Assembly: GCA_963747235.1 (NCBI GenBank)
Contig: CAVVEU010000036.1
Location: 1-20,109, forward strand
Direction: 5' to 3'
From: an uncultured Candidatus Rokubacteria bacterium
GTDB taxonomy: Bacteria; Methylomirabilota; Methylomirabilia; Rokubacteriales; CSP1-6
DNA length: 20,109 nucleotides
In this document: piece by piece, positions 8,176 to 16,804 of the stretch
How the letters are laid out: each line of letters opens with the position of its first letter
How positions within the stretch are numbered: the stretch's first letter is position 1
Position numbers and translations under genes: made by a program
The notes under the pieces: generated by a model
Database searches by the model: none
What the model was told of the DNA's origin: nothing
The model's input: the letters and a program-made list of their open reading frames with translations, nothing else

Positions 8176-8511
8176 ATGAGCGAAAGCGAAGGCGCCCTGC
8201 ACGTCACGACGGACACGCTTGACGCGACCCTGGCGGGCGCCGTGGGCCCCGTCCTGCTCGACTTCTGGGCTCCGTGGTGTGGGCCCTGCAAGGCCATCGC
8301 GCCCATGATCGACGAGCTGGCGCGTGAGATGGCCGGGCAGGCCACCATCTGCAAGGTCAACGTCGAGGCCGAGCCCGCCATCGCGGAGCGGTACGGCGTC
8401 CAGGCCCTGCCGTCGCTCGTGTTCCTGACGGGCGCCGAGCGGGTGGACACGCTGGTGGGCCGGGTGCCGAAGGCGGTCCTCGTCGACCGGCTGCGGTCCT
8501 TACGCGACTGA
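8176..8511 (+). CDS. trxA: Thioredoxin
   Basis: LLDFWAPWCGPCK active site, cis-Pro motif QALP; AAGGAG RBS. Confidence 0.95.
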   Translation: MSESEGALHVTTDTLDATLAGAVGPVLLDFWAPWCGPCKAIAPMIDELAREMAGQATICKVNVEAEPAIAERYGVQALPSLVFLTGAERVDTLVGRVPKAVLVDRLRSLRD

Positions 8512-8530
8512 GGCGCCCAGGAGCCAGATC

Positions 8531-9715
8531 ATGGCCAAGACCCTGAAGAGCGTTCTGGCGGAGGCGCGCACACTGATCCCGGAGCAGGGGCCGGCCGAGG
8601 TGCAGCGCCGGATCGAGGCCGGCGAGCCGGTCGTCCTGATCGACGTGCGGGACCCGGACGAGTACCGCGAAGGCTTCATCGAGCCGGCGACCAATATCAG
8701 CCGGGGCTTCCTCGAGTTCCGCGTGGGGGGCGTGGCGAAGGAGCCGGAGACCCCGATCGTGCTCTATTGCCAGACCGGGCTCCGCTCGATGCTGGCGGCG
8801 AGAGCCCTCAGCGAGCTCGGCTACACCAACGTCACCAATCTCCAGGGCGGCTTCCAGAAGTGGGCCCAGACCGGCTTCCCGGTGGTGAAAGACAAGGCAA
8901 TGGGCCCCGAGCAGATCCAGCGGTACAGCCGGCACTTCCTGCTCGACGAGGTGGGCGAGAAAGGCCAGCGCAAGCTGCTGCGCTCCAAGGTGCTGCTGAT
9001 CGGGGCGGGCGGCCTCGGCTCGCCGACCGCGCTCTACCTGGCCGCGGCCGGGGTCGGCACCATCGGGCTGATGGACGCCGACGTGGTGGACCTGTCGAAT
9101 CTTCAGCGCCAGGTGCTCCACACCACCGCGGACATCGGCAAGCCCAAGGTGGAGTCGGGCGCGCGCACGCTCGCCGCGCTCAACCCGGACGTCAACGTCA
9201 TCCGCCTGCCCGAGCGCATCACCGTGGACAACGCGCTCGACATCGTGAGCGAGTACGACGTCATCGTGGATGGCTCCGACAACTTCGGGACGCGCTACCT
9301 CGTCAACGACGCCTGCTACCTGGCGGGCAAGCCGCACGTGCACGGGTCGATCTTCCAGTTCGAGGGGATGGCCTCCGTGTTCGCGCCGAACAAGGGCCCG
9401 TGCTACCGCTGCATCTATCCGACCCCGCCGCCGGCGGGCCTCGTGCCCTCCTGCGCGGAAGCGGGCGTGCTCGGCGTCCTGCCCGGAATCGTGGGCGTGG
9501 TGCAGGCCACCGAGACGGTCAAGCTCCTGCTCGGCATCGGCGACCCGTTGATCGGGCGGCTCCTGACCTACGACGCCCTCGGCATGCGCTTCCGTGAGGT
9601 CAAGCTGCGGCGCGACCCGGCCTGCCCGCTCTGCGGCGTGACGCCGACCATCACGGATCTCTCCGGCCACCCCATCGGGGAGGAGTACTGCGAGGAGGCT
9701 CCGGCGGCGCGTTGA
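8531..9715 (+). CDS. moeB: MoeB/ThiF-family E1-like adenylyltransferase with N-terminal rhodanese domain (MoeZ-like)
   Basis: Rhodanese: IDVRDPDEY, LYCQTGLRS, LQGGFQKW; E1: RYSRH, GAGGLGSP, SNLQRQ, DGSDNF, CYRC...CPLC, SCAEAGV. Confidence 0.93.
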   Translation: MAKTLKSVLAEARTLIPEQGPAEVQRRIEAGEPVVLIDVRDPDEYREGFIEPATNISRGFLEFRVGGVAKEPETPIVLYCQTGLRSMLAARALSELGYTNVTNLQGGFQKWAQTGFPVVKDKAMGPEQIQRYSRHFLLDEVGEKGQRKLLRSKVLLIGAGGLGSPTALYLAAAGVGTIGLMDADVVDLSNLQRQVLHTTADIGKPKVESGARTLAALNPDVNVIRLPERITVDNALDIVSEYDVIVDGSDNFGTRYLVNDACYLAGKPHVHGSIFQFEGMASVFAPNKGPCYRCIYPTPPPAGLVPSCAEAGVLGVLPGIVGVVQATETVKLLLGIGDPLIGRLLTYDALGMRFREVKLRRDPACPLCGVTPTITDLSGHPIGEEYCEEAPAAR

Positions 9716-9774
9716 TATTTGTCTTCGGCGCGCGGTGAAACATCGGCGCGCCGGACGCGCTAAGCTTGGGCTCG

Positions 9775-10470
9775 ATGACCGAGCCCAACATCGCGTTCGT
9801 GGCGAATCTCCTGGCCGATCCCTCCCGCGCCGCCATGTGCCTGTCGCTGGCGGGGGGCGAGGCGCGGCCGGCGGGCGAGCTGGCCGCCCGGGCCGGCATC
9901 TCCGCCCAGGCCGCCAGCAACCACCTGGCCAAGCTCATCGCCGGCCGCCTCCTGCGCGTCGAGCGGCAGGGGCGCTGGCGCTACTACCGCCTGGCCGGCG
10001 CCGACGTGGGCCACGCCGTCGAGGCGCTGTCCGTCCTCGCGCCCCTCCCGGTGCAGCCGCTCTCGGTGAACGGGACGGCCGACGCCGCGCGGCGTATCAA
10101 GAACGCGCGCACCTGCTACAGCCACCTGGCCGGCCGGCTCGGCGTCGCGCTGGCCGACGCGCTCGTCGCCCAGCGCTGGCTGGAAGACGACGGTCACCGG
10201 TATCGGGTCACGCCGATCGGGGCTCGTTCACTCCGCGGGCTGGGCATTGAGGTGCGCCCGCGCCGCGTCCAGGCGCCCGCGCGGCGATGCATCGACTGGA
10301 CCGAGCGCCGCCCGCACGTGGCCGGCCCGGTGGGCACGGCGCTGGCGAAGCTCGCCCTCGACCGTGGCTGGGTGCGACGCGTCCGCGGGACCCGCGCGCT
10401 CGCCGTCACCCCACTCGGGCGGGCGGAGCTGGCCAAGGTGTTCAACCTGCGATGGGAGGAGCGACCATGA
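9775..10470 (+). CDS. ArsR/SmtB family regulator, long YdfF-like type
   Basis: LLADPSRAAM, ELAARAGISAQAASNHLAKL HTH, QGRWRYYRL; C-terminal ARTCYSHLAG and CIDWTERRPHVAG. Confidence 0.88.
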   Translation: MTEPNIAFVANLLADPSRAAMCLSLAGGEARPAGELAARAGISAQAASNHLAKLIAGRLLRVERQGRWRYYRLAGADVGHAVEALSVLAPLPVQPLSVNGTADAARRIKNARTCYSHLAGRLGVALADALVAQRWLEDDGHRYRVTPIGARSLRGLGIEVRPRRVQAPARRCIDWTERRPHVAGPVGTALAKLALDRGWVRRVRGTRALAVTPLGRAELAKVFNLRWEERP

Positions 10471-10772
10471 TCACGCTGAGCATCCGCTACACGATCGACG
10501 CCCGGAAGCGGTCGGACTTCGAGCAGTACGCGCGCGCCCTCGGCACGATCATCCCGCGCTGCGGCGGCGGCCTGGTCGGCTACTGGCTGCCGACGAAGTT
10601 CGCCGGTCCGACGAACCAGGCCCTGGCCCTGATCGACTTCCCGAGCCTCGCGGCGTACGAGCAGTACCGCGAGCGCCTCGCCAAGGACGACGACAACCTC
10701 GACAGCATCCGCCGTGCCGAGGAGAGCGGCTGCATTCTCGTCGAGGACCGCGCCGTACTCGAGCGCGTCTAG
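10467..10772 (+). CDS. NIPSNAP family protein
   Basis: MITLSIRYTID...FEQYA...GGGLVGYWLP...FPSLAAYEQYR; GGAGGA RBS; ATGA overlap with the ArsR gene. Confidence 0.88.
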   Translation: MITLSIRYTIDARKRSDFEQYARALGTIIPRCGGGLVGYWLPTKFAGPTNQALALIDFPSLAAYEQYRERLAKDDDNLDSIRRAEESGCILVEDRAVLERV

Positions 10773-11018
10773 CGACTCGCGCGAGAGCGCTCCTCCGCGT
10801 ATGTCCTGAACCTTCCGCTCGATCGCTGGACTCCCGCGAAGCGCTCGGTCTCCTCCGGCTGGAAGACCGATCCGGGAGGCAGGTGGTGGGCGGGCAGCGC
10901 TGGGCCGAGGCCACAGGAACACGGCGAGCGCCTCGCGGTAAGTCACGTTGTCCGGGGCCAGCTCCACGGCTCGCCGCGCCGAGCTGATAGCCCGCTCGAG
11001 ATCGTCCACGACGGTCAC
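10769..11018 (-). pseudogene. Probable remnant of a TPR-containing gene
   Basis: DDLERAISSARRAVELAPDNVTYREALAVFL fits one TPR unit; that frame then degenerates; a shifted frame ends at TAG 10769-10771. Confidence 0.4.
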
Positions 11019-11132
11019 GGGGAGATTGTCGTGGAGGCCGGGTCCGTGCCGCTGTCAAGCGGCAGAGCCACTCAGGGTCGCTACACGGTGAGGGCACCTC
11101 CCTCCGGGGTTACTTCAAACGGAAAACCCCGG

Positions 11133-12263
11133 TCACAGCCCCGCCATCGCGGGGATGACGCTCTTGCCCATCAGCTCGATGGACCGCATGGTCGTCGGGT
11201 GGTCCATGCGTGATTCCTGGGCTTCCAGGAGCAGGTGGCCGATGCCGAGCTCCTTCTGCACGTGGGCGAAGCGGTCGGCCACCTCATCGGGCGTGCCGGC
11301 CACGATGTAGTAGTTTTCCACCAGCTCCTCGTAGGTCATCTTCGACAGCGAGACCGAGCGCGCCTTGAGCGCGAACTGGCTCGCCGCTCGCGAGCGCATG
11401 CCCACCGGGGAGAAGAACTCGACCGGACCGCGCAGCGTCGGGCCCATGCGCCACACGAAGTGCCGGCCGGCCTCGAGCGCCTTGGCCTTCGTGTCCGCGG
11501 TGACCGCGCAGATGAGGAAGCCGAGCTTGTCCGGGGTGACGGTGCGGCCGGCCTCCGCCGCGCCCTGGCGATAGAAGTCGAACAGCTCGCGCGCCACCTC
11601 GAACGAGACGAGGAACGGCACGTAGGTGTAGCCCATGCGCCCGGCCCACACCGCGGTCTCCGGGCTCGCGGTGCCCGGCACCCAGATGGGCGGGTAGGGC
11701 TTCTGCAACGGGAGGCACCACGGGTTCACGTGCCGGAAGTGATAGTGCCGGCCCTCCCAGCGAAACGGGCCGGGCGTGGTCCAGCACTTGATGATCAGGT
11801 CGTGGCATTCCTCGAAGCGCTCGCGGTTGTGCACCGGGTTGGTGTTGGCCCACCAGCTCTCGACGCCGACACCGCGCACGAAGCCGCTCAGCACGCGGCC
11901 GCCGGAGATGAGATCGGCCATCGCGACCTGCTCGGCCATCTGCACCGGGTTCTCCTGAATCGGGAGGATGTTGCCGAGGATCAGGAGCTTCGCCCGCTTG
12001 GTGGTGCGGGCCAGGATCCCGGCGGTCATGTTGGCCGAGACGTTGACGCAGGACGGCGTCGAGTGGTGCTCGTTGATCATCAGGCCGTCGAAGCCGGCCT
12101 GGTCGGCGAAGTCGTACTCGTCCAGATAGCGCTGGTAGTTGCGCTGGGCGATCTCCGGCGAGAAGAACGTGTTGGGGAAGGCCAGACGCAGTGACGGGTA
12201 TTTGTCGCCCTCGGCGTCGGGGTACTCGTGGTGCGGCATCTCGCTGAAGTAGTAGAGCTTCAC
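11133..12263 (-). CDS. LLM class flavin-dependent monooxygenase
   Basis: GFDGLMINEHH, ADLISGGRVLSGFVRG, PLQKPYPPIW, AGTPDEV; GGGAGG RBS before GTG. Confidence 0.92.
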   Translation of the reverse strand: MKLYYFSEMPHHEYPDAEGDKYPSLRLAFPNTFFSPEIAQRNYQRYLDEYDFADQAGFDGLMINEHHSTPSCVNVSANMTAGILARTTKRAKLLILGNILPIQENPVQMAEQVAMADLISGGRVLSGFVRGVGVESWWANTNPVHNRERFEECHDLIIKCWTTPGPFRWEGRHYHFRHVNPWCLPLQKPYPPIWVPGTASPETAVWAGRMGYTYVPFLVSFEVARELFDFYRQGAAEAGRTVTPDKLGFLICAVTADTKAKALEAGRHFVWRMGPTLRGPVEFFSPVGMRSRAASQFALKARSVSLSKMTYEELVENYYIVAGTPDEVADRFAHVQKELGIGHLLLEAQESRMDHPTTMRSIELMGKSVIPAMAGL

Positions 12264-12264
12264 G

Positions 12265-13050
12265 TCAGGCCCTCCCGAGGAAGTCCAGCACCAGGTTCGC
12301 GAACACGTCGGGCTGCTCGATCAAGGGCGAGTGTCCGCAGCGCTCGAGGACGCGCAGCGTCGCGTTGGGCAGCAGGCGCCGGTACTGCTCGCCGCAGATC
12401 ACCGGCACGATCTGATCCTCGCGCCCCCAGACGATGAGGGTGGGATTCGCCACGCGCGGCAGAAAATGGGGCAGCCGGGGGTTGAACATGTAGGGCTTCC
12501 AGGTGAGCCGGGCGGCCATCTCCCGGTTCCGCACCGCGATCTCGATCTCGGCCGGCCCCGGCTGCTGACCGAAGAGCTCGGCCCACTCGGGCACGGTGGC
12601 CGGATCGTGCACGTTGAACTTGAGCAGCTCCTCGGGCGGGTAGAAGAAGATGTCGCGGATCTCGCCCTCGTCGGGCTTGAGCCCGGTCGGGCTCACCAGC
12701 ACCAGGCGGTCGATCACCCCGGGGCGCATCGTGGCCATCTCAGCCGCGGTCCAGCCGCCGATCGAGTGGCCGAGCAGGTGCACCTTCGAGAGGCCCAGCA
12801 CGTCGAGGAACCAGAGATAGAACCGGGCCAGGTCGTCGATGGACTCCATCCAGTCGGCCGCGTCGGAGCGGCCGAAGCCGGGATGGGTCGGCGCGTAGAC
12901 CGTGTAGCGCTCGCCCACCGCGTCCATCCAGCGCCGCCAGCCTCGGTTGCCGCCGGCGCCGTGCAGCACGACCACGGGATCACCCTGGCCTCCGATCACA
13001 ACCCGCACCTTGGTTTCTCCTACCGTGATCACTTCCTCGCGAGGCGGCAC
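12265..13050 (-). CDS. Alpha/beta fold hydrolase
   Basis: LHGAGG oxyanion region, GHSIGG nucleophile elbow, WGREDQIV acid, CGHSP His; GAGGAG RBS. Confidence 0.92.
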   Translation of the reverse strand: MPPREEVITVGETKVRVVIGGQGDPVVVLHGAGGNRGWRRWMDAVGERYTVYAPTHPGFGRSDAADWMESIDDLARFYLWFLDVLGLSKVHLLGHSIGGWTAAEMATMRPGVIDRLVLVSPTGLKPDEGEIRDIFFYPPEELLKFNVHDPATVPEWAELFGQQPGPAEIEIAVRNREMAARLTWKPYMFNPRLPHFLPRVANPTLIVWGREDQIVPVICGEQYRRLLPNATLRVLERCGHSPLIEQPDVFANLVLDFLGRA

Positions 13051-13146
13051 AGGGGTCGGCTCCTCTCCGATGATGGGCTCAGGGTAGAGACCATAGCAGC
13101 CGCCGGCCCTGACCGGAACAGGGTCCCCGGCCCAGTATCTTGGCCG

Positions 13147-13377
13147 ATGGCCACGCCAGCGTCACGGGTGGAGCACCCTGAGGTCCGGGCCGCGATCGAT
13201 CTACTGGAAGCATGGATCGAAGCCCAGCGCGTCGCCCACCAGCTCCCGGCCAGCTACGGCGTCCCCGGCGAGCTGGTGGTGTTCGAGCTCGACGCGGCCG
13301 GACGCGTGAAGCGCGCCCGGTTCGGCGAGAACTCCTCGGAGCGGATCGAGACCTGGGCGGAGCGGAGCGAGACCTGA
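13147..13377 (+). pseudogene. Internally deleted serine hydrolase (beta-lactamase class C-like) remnant, 76 aa
   Basis: N-terminal HPEVRAAIDLLEAWIEAQRVAHQLP joined in frame to C-terminal-like SYGVPGELVVFELDAAGRVKRARFGEN; no SxxK core; assignment is from recalled family resemblance. Confidence 0.55.
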
Positions 13378-13432
13378 AAGGACCGGTGATGGTATCTTCG
13401 GATGCACGAGAGACCTTCCCGGGAGGCAGCGC

Positions 13433-14080
13433 ATGAGCGGAGCGAATGGGGCGACGGAGTTCAAGGACGTGGTGGGGACCCTCGACGAGCTGCGCGCCCT
13501 GATGGGCGAGCCCTCCGAGATCGCCCGGCGCAAGGACATCGGCCGGATCGACGAGCACTGCCGGGCCTTCATCGCGCGGGCGCCCTTCCTGCTCGTGGCC
13601 ACCGCGGACACCACGGGCCGCTGCGACGTGAGCCCCAAGGGCGACGCGCCCGGCTTCGTCCTGGTGGTGGACGACCGAACCCTGCTGATCCCGGACCGCC
13701 CGGGCAACAAGCGCTTCGACGGGATGCGGAACCTCCTCGAGAACCCGCGCATCGGGCTCATCTTCCTGGTGCCGGGCAGCGAGGAGACGCTGCGGGTCAA
13801 CGGCCGCGCGCGGATCGTGCGCGACCCGGAGTGGCTGGCGCGCCTGGCCGCGCAGGGCAAGACCCCGCAGCTCGCCATCGCGGTGGACGTGGAAGAGTCG
13901 TTCCTCCATTGCGCCAAGTGCGTGAAGCGCTCCGGTCTCTGGGAGCCCGCGCGCTGGCCGGATCGGGAAGGGCTGGCCTCGCCGGCCCAGATGTTCCGCG
14001 ATCACGCCAAGATCAACACCATGACGGTGGAGGAGCTCGACCAGCGCCTGCAGGACGGCTACCGGAAGAATCTGTACTGA
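13433..14080 (+). CDS. Pyridoxamine 5'-phosphate oxidase-related FMN-binding protein (MSMEG_1061-like)
   Basis: CDVSPKGDAPGFV, IPDRPGNKR, GLIFLVPG, ETLRVNG, HCAKCVKRSGLW; GGAGG RBS. Confidence 0.9.
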   Translation: MSGANGATEFKDVVGTLDELRALMGEPSEIARRKDIGRIDEHCRAFIARAPFLLVATADTTGRCDVSPKGDAPGFVLVVDDRTLLIPDRPGNKRFDGMRNLLENPRIGLIFLVPGSEETLRVNGRARIVRDPEWLARLAAQGKTPQLAIAVDVEESFLHCAKCVKRSGLWEPARWPDREGLASPAQMFRDHAKINTMTVEELDQRLQDGYRKNLY

Positions 14081-14094
14081 GTCAGGAGGCCATG

Positions 14095-14928
14095 ATGCCG
14101 ATCGAGGTCCGTCCCATCACCGGCGCCCTGGGAGCCGAGATCCACGGCGTGGACCTGGGCGCCGAGCTCGACGCTGCGAGCGTGGCCATTGTCCGGCGCG
14201 CCCTCCTCGATCACTGCGTCGTCTTCTTCCGAGACCAGCGCTTCGACGCCACCCAGCACAAGGCGCTCGCGCGCCGCTTCGGCGACATCTTCGTCCATCC
14301 CAACTACGCGACCGTCGTCCCCGACCCGGAGATCATCGAGATCCGTAGGGAGCCGGGCGATGTGCGAATCGTCGGGGAGGAGTGGCACACCGACACCACC
14401 ATGATGGCGGAGCCGCCGATGGGCGCCATCCTCTACGCGATCGACGTGCCGCCCTACGGCGGCGACACGCTATTCGCCAGCCAGTACCTCGCCTACGAGG
14501 CGCTGTCCGACGGCATGAAGCGCCTGCTGGAGGGTCTGTGGGCCGTCCACAGCGATCGCAAGGTGGCCGGGCCCCAGGCGGGAATGAACGCCTACCGGGC
14601 GACGAAGGTGCGAGAGGAGGGCTGGGAGGAGACGGTGAGCACCCACCCGGTCGTCCGCACGCATCCGGAGACCGGGCGCAAGCTCCTCTTCGTCAACCAC
14701 TCGTACACCATCCGCTTCGAGGGCATGACGGACGTGGAGAGTGCGCCGCTGCTCGGCTTCCTGCTCGAGCAGGGCCACCGGCCCGAGTTCACGTGCCGCT
14801 TCCGGTGGGCCAACGGCTCGGTCGCGTTCTGGGACAACCGCTGCGTCAAGCACCTGGCCGTGCACGATGCCGAGCGGTTCCGCCGGGTCATGCGCCGGGT
14901 CCAGATCGCGGGCGACAAGCCGGTCTAG
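14095..14928 (+). CDS. TauD/TfdA family Fe(II)/2-oxoglutarate dioxygenase
   Basis: ALGAEIHGVDL, VVFFRDQ, WHTD (HxD), GGDTLF, HPVVRTHPETGRK, FWDNRCVKH; AGGAGG RBS (alternative ATG 14092). Confidence 0.94.
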   Translation: MPIEVRPITGALGAEIHGVDLGAELDAASVAIVRRALLDHCVVFFRDQRFDATQHKALARRFGDIFVHPNYATVVPDPEIIEIRREPGDVRIVGEEWHTDTTMMAEPPMGAILYAIDVPPYGGDTLFASQYLAYEALSDGMKRLLEGLWAVHSDRKVAGPQAGMNAYRATKVREEGWEETVSTHPVVRTHPETGRKLLFVNHSYTIRFEGMTDVESAPLLGFLLEQGHRPEFTCRFRWANGSVAFWDNRCVKHLAVHDAERFRRVMRRVQIAGDKPV

Positions 14929-14931
14929 GCC

Positions 14932-15747
14932 GTGCTGATCGTCGACGCCCAGGTGCATATCTGGGGCAGCGGCACGCCGCTGCCGCCCCACCGCGCGACC
15001 TCGGTGTTCACGAAGGACGAGCTGCTCGCGGAGATGGACGCCGCTGGGGTCACCGCCGCGGTGATCCACCCGCCGGGCTGGGATCCAGGCTCGGACCGGC
15101 TCGCGCTCGAGGCGGCCCGTCAGCACCCCGACCGGCTCGCGGTTCTCGGAAAATTCCCGCTCGACCGGCCCGAGAGCCGAGGCCTCATGGACGGCTGGAG
15201 GCGCCAGCCGGGGATGCTCGGGCTGCGCTTCGTCTTCCTGCAGCCACACCAGAAGAGCTGGCCGACCGACGGCACCCTGGACTGGCTCTGGCCGGCCGCC
15301 GAGCGCGCCGGGGTGCCGCTGGCCCTGCTCGCGGCGGACTTCCTGCCCCTGGTCGGGCAGCTGGCCGAGCGGCACCCGGGGCTCAAGCTGATCGTGGATC
15401 ACCTGGGCCGCCCGCATCGGACGAAGGACGAAGCCGCCTGGGCGAACCTGTCGGAGCTCCTGGCGCTCGCCAGGCACCCGAACGTGGCGGTCAAGGCGAC
15501 GGGCGCGCCGAGCTACTCGAGCGAGCCCTATCCCTTCCGCAACCTCCATCCGCATCTCCGGCGGCTGCACGAGGCCTTCGGTCCGGAGCGTCTGTTCTGG
15601 GGAACGGACATCACGCGCATGCCGTGCACCTGGCGGCAGTGCGTGACCCTGTTCACCGAGGAGCTCCCGTGGCTCACCACGGCCGACAAGGAGCTGATCA
15701 TGGGCCGGGCCCTCTGCGCGTGGCTCGACTGGAAGCTGCCCGGGTGA
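14932..15747 (+). CDS. Amidohydrolase family protein (Amidohydro_2, LigI-like)
   Basis: IVDAQVHIW, LGLRF, IVDHLG, HPNVAVK, FGPERLFWGTD. Confidence 0.9.
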   Translation: MLIVDAQVHIWGSGTPLPPHRATSVFTKDELLAEMDAAGVTAAVIHPPGWDPGSDRLALEAARQHPDRLAVLGKFPLDRPESRGLMDGWRRQPGMLGLRFVFLQPHQKSWPTDGTLDWLWPAAERAGVPLALLAADFLPLVGQLAERHPGLKLIVDHLGRPHRTKDEAAWANLSELLALARHPNVAVKATGAPSYSSEPYPFRNLHPHLRRLHEAFGPERLFWGTDITRMPCTWRQCVTLFTEELPWLTTADKELIMGRALCAWLDWKLPG

Positions 15748-16787
15748 GCGTCAAGATCGTCGTCACCGCCCGGAGCGGGGCGCGCGAATTCGGGTGCGAG
15801 CCCGGCGAGAAGATCCTCCACGCGGGGCTCCGGAACGGCGTCGAGCTGCCGTACGAGTGCGGCACCGGCACCTGCGGGACCTGCAAGGCCAAGCTGGTGA
15901 GCGGCCAAGTGGAAAGCGAGTGGCCCGACGCCCCCGGCGTCCGCTATCTCAAGGGCCCGGCCGAGCTGCTGATGTGCCAGTGCCTGGCGCGCGAGGACTG
16001 CGCGCTCGAGGTCGGGGTGATCAAGGCACGCGAGGCGGACGCCCCGCTTCCCGGCGCGCTGGGCGGCCACGTGCGCGGGTGGCGCCGCCTGACCCACGAC
16101 GTGGCCGCGTTCGACGTCGAGCTCGACCGGCCGCTGGACTTCGACGCGGGCCAGTTCGCGCTCCTCACCGTGCCCGGCATCACCGGCGCCCGCGCCTACT
16201 CCATGGTCAACTTCGAGCGGGCGGCCCGGCGCCTGTCGTTCGTGGTGAAGAAGAAGCCGGGCGGGGCGGTGAGCGAGTGGCTCTTCCGCAACGGGGTCGA
16301 GGGCACGCGCCTCGGCCTCTTCGCGCCCCTCGGGCACGCGATCTTCCAGCCCGGTCTCCCGAAGCACGTGCTGTGCATCGCGGGGGGCAGCGGGATCGCG
16401 GGCATGCTGTCGATCCTCCAGCGCGCGGGCGAGACGGGCCACTTCGCCGGGTGGGACGGGCACGTCTACTTCGGCGTCCGCTCCGAGCGTGACGGCTTCT
16501 TCCTCGACGCGCTGCAGGCGCTCAAGGCGCGCCACCCGGCGCGGCTGGCGGTCACGATCGCGCTGTCGGACGAGGACGTGCCCGCGTCCCTGGCCGCGGC
16601 CTATCCCGGGCTCGCGTTCGCGCGCGGCCTGGTCCACGCGGTGGCGGGCGAGCGCATGCAGGGCCGCTTCGCCGACATCCGCGCCTACGTGGCGGGCCCG
16701 CCGCCGATGGTGGACGCGAGCTTGCGTTTGCTGCTTCGCGAGGCGAGACTATCGCCCGCCGACATCCGGTACGACAAGTTCAGCTAG
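15744..16787 (+). CDS. 2Fe-2S/FAD/NAD(P)H oxidoreductase (multicomponent oxygenase reductase, TmoF/XamoF-like)
   Basis: Plant-type cluster PYECGTGTCGTC...MCQC; RAYSM FAD motif, GGAVS, IAGGSGIAG, AGPPPMV, terminal DKF; GTGA overlap with the amidohydrolase. Confidence 0.92.
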   Translation: MSVKIVVTARSGAREFGCEPGEKILHAGLRNGVELPYECGTGTCGTCKAKLVSGQVESEWPDAPGVRYLKGPAELLMCQCLAREDCALEVGVIKAREADAPLPGALGGHVRGWRRLTHDVAAFDVELDRPLDFDAGQFALLTVPGITGARAYSMVNFERAARRLSFVVKKKPGGAVSEWLFRNGVEGTRLGLFAPLGHAIFQPGLPKHVLCIAGGSGIAGMLSILQRAGETGHFAGWDGHVYFGVRSERDGFFLDALQALKARHPARLAVTIALSDEDVPASLAAAYPGLAFARGLVHAVAGERMQGRFADIRAYVAGPPPMVDASLRLLLREARLSPADIRYDKFS

Positions 16788-16804
16788 GACCGAAAGGAGC
16801 CGCG

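Noticed and set aside
14095-14928. Naming the dioxygenase tauD
   Set aside because: Family is clear but substrate is not; no tauABC adjacent
13402-16787. Apparent large fusions 13402..14928 and 14382..16787
   Set aside because: N-terminal parts are shadow frames; the true starts 14095 and 15744 have an RBS or stop-start coupling
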